This document shows, piece after piece, positions 14,121-18,174 of a stretch of DNA of 18,174 bases. Numbering within the stretch: the stretch's first letter is position 1; each line of letters begins with the position of its first letter. Below the pieces are notes generated by a model. It was not told the DNA's origin, did not search any database, and saw only the letters and a list, made by a program, of their open reading frames with translations. The position numbers were made by a program, and so were the translations under genes. Source of the stretch: an uncultured bacterium (GTDB lineage: Bacteria; Acidobacteriota; Holophagae; Holophagales; Holophagaceae); contig CAXYVC010000048.1 in the NCBI GenBank assembly GCA_964292295.1, positions 1-18,174 of the forward strand. The letters run 5' to 3'.

Positions 14121-16157
14121 ATGAACCCCGACGAACCCTCCGCGAGCGCCCTGCTGGGCGTGGCCGGCTGCATCCTGGGAGGCCTCGCCCTCCTGGTGCT
14201 CTTCCTGAAGACCTTCCGCTACATCCCCAACACGCGGGTGGGCATCGTGGAGCGCCTCTGGAGCCCCAAGGGGTCCGTGACGAAGGGGCTCATCGCCCTC
14301 ACGGGCGAGGCGGGCTTCCAGCCGAACGTTCTGCGCGGCGGATGGCACCTTTTCATGCCCTTCGTGTACCGCATCCACCGCATGCCCCTGGTCACCATCC
14401 CCCAGGGCAAGATCGGCTACCTCTTTGCCCGGGACGGCGTGGACCTCTCCGCCACCCAGGCGCTGGCCTGCAACGAGACCGCGCGCGACTTCCAGGATGT
14501 GGAGGCCTTCCTGCGCGCAGGCGGCCAGAAGGGCCCCCAGCGCATGATCCTGCGCGAGGGAACGTACGCCATCAATCTGGCGCAGTTCGTGGTGATCACC
14601 GAGGACCAGATCTACTACCTGCCCCTGGACCGCAGCGAGGTGGAGACCTTCACGAAGATGAGCGCGGTCATCGCCGAGCGCGGCGGCTACCGCCCCGTGA
14701 TCATCAAGGGCACCGACGACTCCGTGGGCATCGTCACCGTGCACGACGGCCCGAGCCTGGCCAGCGGCGAGATCATCGCGCCGACGGTGGGCGAGGACCC
14801 GGCCCAGGCGGCCACGTACCACAACAACTTCCAGGACGCCGACAAGTTCCTGAAGGCCGGCGGCCAGCGCGGGCGCCAGTACCAGGTGCTGGTGGAAGGC
14901 ACCTATTACATCAACCGCCTCTTCGCCACGGTGGAGCTGATCCCCAAGACCGTGGTGGAGGTGGGCACCGTGGGCGTCGTGGTGAGCTACACGGGCCAGA
15001 CGGGCGCCGACATCAGCGGCCAGGAATACCGCCACGGCGAACTCGTGGCCAAGGGCACGCGCGGCGTGTGGAGCGAGCCGCTGCTGCCGGGCAAGTACGC
15101 CTTCAACACCTACGCGGGCAAGGTGCTGATGGTCCCCACGACCAACTTCATCCTGAAGTGGAACAAGACCGAGGTGGGCAGCCACAAGTTCGACGAGAAC
15201 CTGGCGGAGGTCAGCCTCATCACGAAGGACGCCTTCGAGCCCAGCCTGCCCCTCTCGGTGGTGGTGCACATCGACTACCGCAAGGCGCCCCTCGTCATCC
15301 AGCGCTTCGGCGACATCAAGAAGCTGGTGGAGCAGACCCTCGACCCCATGGTCAGCGCCTACTTCAAGAACATCGGCCAGACCCGCACCCTCATCCAGCT
15401 CATCCAGGACCGCAGCGCGATCCAGGAGCAGTCGGGCGTCCAGATGAAGGAGAAGTTCGCCCAGTACAACCTGGAGCTGCAGGAGGTGCTGATCGGCACG
15501 CCCAGCAGCGGCGCCCAGGGCGGCCAGATCGAGCAGATCCTCACCCAGTTGCGCAGCCGCCAGATCGCCGACGAGCAGGTGGAGACCTACGCCCGCCAGC
15601 AGAACGCGGCGGCCAAGGAGCGGGAGCTGCGCGAGGCCGAGGCCAAGGCCAAGCAGCAGACGGCGCTCACCGAGTCTGCCATCGGCATCGAGGTTCAGAG
15701 CAACCAGGGCAAGGCTGACTACGCCCGGGCCCAGCAGCAGGCGGCCCAGATCCAGACCCTCGCGGGCGCCGAGGCCGAGAAGCTGCGCCTCATGGGCGAG
15801 GGCGAGGCCAAGCGCATCAAGGTCATGGCCGAGGCCCAGGCGGAACAGGCGGCCCGGGTGGGCGTGGCCCAGGCGCTGGCCATCGAGGAGCAGGTGAAGG
15901 CCTACGGCGGCCCCCAGTTCCAGCTGGTGCAGCAGGTCATGAGCCGCTTTGCCGAGGCCATCGAGAAGAGCCAGGTGGACGTGGTGCCCAAGATCCAGAT
16001 GGCCGGCGGCCAGGGCGGCGGCAGCCTGATCGAGAGCCTGCTGGGCCTGATGCTCAGCGAGAAGGCGGGCCAGCTCGCGGGCGTGGCCCCGGCGACCGTC
16101 CACCCCGAGGCCGAGGCCCTGAAGGCCCAGCTGCGGGATGTGATGAAGAAGGGCTGA
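14121..16157 (+). CDS. Flotillin-like SPFH/band-7 membrane protein (FloT/YqiK family) with internal duplication
   Basis: 678 aa. SD AAGGAGA lies 6 nt upstream of ATG 14121. N-terminal TM helix LLGVAGCILGGLALLVLFL. SPFH core (...PLSVVVHIDYRKAPLVIQRFGDIKKLVEQTLDPMVSAYFKN...). C-terminal EA-rich flotillin coiled-coil (AKERELREAEAKAKQQ...AEAEKLRLMGEGEAKRIKVMAEAQAEQAA). Confidence 0.85.
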   Translation: MNPDEPSASALLGVAGCILGGLALLVLFLKTFRYIPNTRVGIVERLWSPKGSVTKGLIALTGEAGFQPNVLRGGWHLFMPFVYRIHRMPLVTIPQGKIGYLFARDGVDLSATQALACNETARDFQDVEAFLRAGGQKGPQRMILREGTYAINLAQFVVITEDQIYYLPLDRSEVETFTKMSAVIAERGGYRPVIIKGTDDSVGIVTVHDGPSLASGEIIAPTVGEDPAQAATYHNNFQDADKFLKAGGQRGRQYQVLVEGTYYINRLFATVELIPKTVVEVGTVGVVVSYTGQTGADISGQEYRHGELVAKGTRGVWSEPLLPGKYAFNTYAGKVLMVPTTNFILKWNKTEVGSHKFDENLAEVSLITKDAFEPSLPLSVVVHIDYRKAPLVIQRFGDIKKLVEQTLDPMVSAYFKNIGQTRTLIQLIQDRSAIQEQSGVQMKEKFAQYNLELQEVLIGTPSSGAQGGQIEQILTQLRSRQIADEQVETYARQQNAAAKERELREAEAKAKQQTALTESAIGIEVQSNQGKADYARAQQQAAQIQTLAGAEAEKLRLMGEGEAKRIKVMAEAQAEQAARVGVAQALAIEEQVKAYGGPQFQLVQQVMSRFAEAIEKSQVDVVPKIQMAGGQGGGSLIESLLGLMLSEKAGQLAGVAPATVHPEAEALKAQLRDVMKKG

Positions 16158-16172
16158 TCCGCGTCGAAGATC

Positions 16173-16211
16173 CGTGCCGGAAGGGGGCCTTCAGGGCTCC
16201 TTCCGGCACGG
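16173..16211. terminator. Bidirectional intrinsic-terminator-like hairpin between convergent flotillin and yeiH-like genes
   Basis: Perfect 13-bp inverted repeat CCGTGCCGGAAGG (16173-16185) / CCTTCCGGCACGG (16199-16211) with a 13-nt spacer. It starts 16 nt after the flotillin stop and ends 7 nt before the stop of the minus-strand gene. No clear U-tract, as is common in high-GC genomes. Confidence 0.5.
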
Positions 16212-16217
16212 TCCCGT

Positions 16218-17174
16218 TCAGGCTTGGGCCCAGCCCCCGGACACGGCGACGAAGCTGGTGAGGCCGAGGGCGATCCAGAGGAGCACGCCCATCAGGGCGG
16301 GTTTCCAGCCCACCCGGGCAAGAGTGGCGCGGTCCAGGCCGGCGCCCACGAGGAAGAGGGTGAGCACGAGCAGGCGCCGGGCACCCCAGGCAACGCCGTG
16401 GCCGAGGGGCCGCAGGGCGGGGATCCAGGTGCAGAGGGCCGCCGCCGCCAGGAAGCCCAGGATGAACCAGGGGCGCTTGGCCTTGCCGGCGCCCTCTTTC
16501 TTCGGGTGGAAGCGCGCCAGGAGGAGGGTGAGGGGCACGATCCAGAGCGCCCGGGCCAGCTTGGTGGTGGTGGCCACCTCCAGGGCGCCGCCGCCGTAGG
16601 CCAGCGCGGCGCCCACCACGGAGCTGGTGTCGTGGATGCCCAGGGCCGCCCACAGGCCGAAGGTGGCGGGCGCGAGGCCCGCCAGATGCCCCAGGAGGGG
16701 GAAGACCCAGAGGGCCACGGCGTTCAGCAGGAACACGGTGGCCAGGGCGAGGCCCGTCTCGCCCTCCTCCGCATCCAGCACCGGCGCCGCGGCGGCGATG
16801 GCGCTGCCCCCGCAGATGGCGGTGCCCACGCTCACCAGCAGCCCCGTGCGGCGGTCCACTCCCAGGAGCCGGATGAGCGCGAGGCCCAGCCCCAGCACGA
16901 AGAGGATGCTGCAGAAGGCGAAGCCGGCGCCCTTGAGCCCGGCGTGAAGCACCCGTCCCAGGTCCAGGTCGGCCCCGAGCGCCGCCACGGAAAGGGCCAG
17001 GAGGCGGGGCGTCCAGCGCCGTACCGTGGCCCGGTGGCCGTGGCCGAGCCCGAGCGCCAGGGCGAGGCCCGCCGCCAGGGCGACGCCCGGCGAGACCGCC
17101 GGGTGCAGGGCGGCGAGGAGGCCGGCCAGGAGCAGCCAGGAACCGAGGGCAGGGGGCGTGCGGCGCGTGTCCAT
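16218..17174 (-). CDS. YeiH/UPF0324-family (putative sulfate-exporter family) inner-membrane protein
   Basis: Highly hydrophobic multi-TM translation. The segment SVGTAICGGSAIAAAAPVLDAEEGE matches the conserved YeiH motif (GAGSSICGAAAV...AEASK). ...FHPKKEGAGKAKRPWFILGFLAAAAL matches the YeiH C-terminal region. It is divergent from a LysR regulator, as yeiH/yeiE is in enterobacteria. Start is uncertain: ATG 17174 (MDTRRTPPALGSW...) fits homolog N-termini, and in-frame ATGs also occur at 17198/17201 and 17234. Confidence 0.7.
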   Translation of the reverse strand: MDTRRTPPALGSWLLLAGLLAALHPAVSPGVALAAGLALALGLGHGHRATVRRWTPRLLALSVAALGADLDLGRVLHAGLKGAGFAFCSILFVLGLGLALIRLLGVDRRTGLLVSVGTAICGGSAIAAAAPVLDAEEGETGLALATVFLLNAVALWVFPLLGHLAGLAPATFGLWAALGIHDTSSVVGAALAYGGGALEVATTTKLARALWIVPLTLLLARFHPKKEGAGKAKRPWFILGFLAAAALCTWIPALRPLGHGVAWGARRLLVLTLFLVGAGLDRATLARVGWKPALMGVLLWIALGLTSFVAVSGGWAQA

Positions 17175-17260
17175 GAAGCCAGCGTGGATGGATCCCATCA
17201 TGTATTCAAATCGTTCTTTCGGATGGGCTATCATGGATTCTGATGGCTAGTCCCTCCGCC
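17175..17260. promoter_or_regulatory. Divergent promoter/LysR-binding region between yeiH-like and LysR genes; locally AT-rich, with direct repeat ATCATG[T/G]ATT
   Basis: This is the most AT-rich stretch in the window (ccatcatgtattcaaatcgttctttcggatgggctatcatggattctgatgg). ATCATGTATT (17197-17206) and ATCATGGATT (17230-17239) are spaced 33 bp apart. A near-palindrome ATGGATCCCAT sits at 17188-17198. Confidence 0.3.
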
Positions 17261-18174
17261 ATGTCCCTGGATCCCCGGCGCCTGGAAACCTTCCGCCAGG
17301 TGGCCCTGGCGGGCAGCGTCACCGAGGCCGCGCGGCGCATGGCCCTCTCCCAGCCCGCCGTCACGGCCCAGGTCCGCCAGCTGGAGGAGGCCTTCGGGCG
17401 CGCGCTCTTCCGGCGCAGCCGGGAGGGTATGGCCCTCACGGACGCGGGCCAGGAGCTGCTGGAGGTGGCGGAGCGCCTGCACGCGCTGCTCGCCGGGGCC
17501 ATGCAGGCCCTGGCGGAGCGCCCCGTGCTGGGCGTGCTGGAACTGGGCGCCAGCACCACGCTGGCGTCGTATGTGCTACCGCCCCTGCTGGCCTCCTTCC
17601 TGCGCGCCCACCCGGGCGTGGGCGTGAAGGTGCGCTCGGGCAACACGCGGGAGATGCTGGAGGCCCTGCGCACGGGGGCGCTGCCCCTGGCCCTGGTGGA
17701 GGGCCTCCCGCGGGCCCAGGGGCTTCGCCTGGAGCCCTTCCTGGAGGACGAGCTGGTCCTGGTGGCGCCGGCGCGCTGCGAGGGGCAGCTGCCCAGTCGG
17801 GGGGCGGCTCTGCGGGGCCGCCCCCTGCTCTGGCGGGAACCGGGAAGCGGCACCCGGGCGGTGGTGGAGCGGGCTCTTGCGCGCGCGAAGCCGCCCCGGC
17901 GCGTGGAGCCCCAGGACCTGGAGCTTGGCCACACCGAGGCCATCAAGACGGCCATGCAGCACGGCCTCGGCTTCGGGTTCCTGTCGCGGTGGAGCGTGCA
18001 GCGGGAGGTGGCGGACCGCAGCCTGCGCATCCTGCCCCTGCTGGACCTGCGCATCCCGAGGCGCTTCTCCATCGCCCGGGGGCACGGCCAGCTCTCCGCC
18101 GAGGCCGCCGCCTTCCTCAGGCACCTGGAGCGGAACCCGGCCCGGGGCTCCTCGCCCGGGGGGCCCGGGGCCTC
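17261..18174 (+). CDS. LysR-family transcriptional regulator (3' end truncated by the window edge)
   Basis: N-terminal LysR HTH MSLDPRRLETFRQVALAGSVTEAARRMALSQPAVTAQVRQLEEAFGRALFRRSREGMALTDAG, followed by a LysR substrate-binding domain. The frame stays open to nt 18174 (about 304 codons, so the true stop is just beyond the window). No recognisable SD. Confidence 0.85.
   Translation, partial: MSLDPRRLETFRQVALAGSVTEAARRMALSQPAVTAQVRQLEEAFGRALFRRSREGMALTDAGQELLEVAERLHALLAGAMQALAERPVLGVLELGASTTLASYVLPPLLASFLRAHPGVGVKVRSGNTREMLEALRTGALPLALVEGLPRAQGLRLEPFLEDELVLVAPARCEGQLPSRGAALRGRPLLWREPGSGTRAVVERALARAKPPRRVEPQDLELGHTEAIKTAMQHGLGFGFLSRWSVQREVADRSLRILPLLDLRIPRRFSIARGHGQLSAEAAAFLRHLERNPARGSSPGGPGA

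Noticed and set aside
14097-16103. 668-aa minus-strand ORF and 458-aa plus-strand ORF (14342..15718) overlapping the flotillin gene
   Set aside because: Both give Gly/Ala/Leu/Arg low-complexity translations. The flotillin frame has a TM anchor, an SPFH core and an EA-repeat coiled coil.
17206-18072. 288-aa minus-strand ORF antisense to the LysR gene
   Set aside because: Ser/Arg-rich low-complexity translation. The plus strand encodes a canonical LysR HTH and effector domain.
1-18174. Mobile elements, CRISPR arrays, prophage or integron signatures
   Set aside because: I found no transposase or integrase-like translations, no terminal inverted repeats flanking a cassette, and no short direct-repeat arrays with spacers. 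Gene content is chromosomal housekeeping and energy metabolism with uniformly high GC.

Overview
This is a very GC-rich bacterial chromosomal segment; G+C is visibly above 65-70% (not computed exactly) and codon third positions are almost all G/C. I see no transposase, integrase, CRISPR array, rRNA or tRNA. Many of the long ORFs in the six-frame track are frame artefacts typical of high-GC DNA, with Arg/Pro/Gly/Ala-rich low-complexity translations. I rejected them wherever an overlapping frame shows clear protein-family motifs. About 17 real genes are supported, listed here in order along the window. (1) The 3' end of an RluA-family pseudouridine synthase gene. (2) A DAGK-catalytic-domain lipid kinase. 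(3) A convergent GlpD-like FAD-dependent glycerol-3-phosphate dehydrogenase, preceded on the same strand by an integral membrane protein gene. (4) A divergent TetR regulator, with an unusual T-run palindromic element in the shared intergenic region, translationally coupled to a Dus-family tRNA-dihydrouridine synthase. (5) An ECF sigma factor, a zinc-finger (HxxxCxxC) transmembrane anti-sigma factor with a HEAT-repeat C-terminus, and a signal-anchored hypothetical protein. (6) A minus-strand cluster that I consider the most interesting part of the window: a stand-alone receiver-domain response regulator, hydC (NuoE-like), hydB (compact NuoF-like), hydA ([FeFe]-hydrogenase catalytic subunit), a stable hairpin, a soluble GAF-domain histidine kinase, and an NlpC/P60 peptidase with a SPOR domain. 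(7) A divergent flotillin-like SPFH protein. (8) A YeiH/UPF0324-family membrane protein divergent from a LysR-family regulator that is cut at the window end. Two details of the hydrogenase stand out. The HydA L1 H-cluster motif reads TSCSPGW, where the canonical form is TSCCPxW. HydB lacks the extra Fe-S domains found in electron-bifurcating enzymes.
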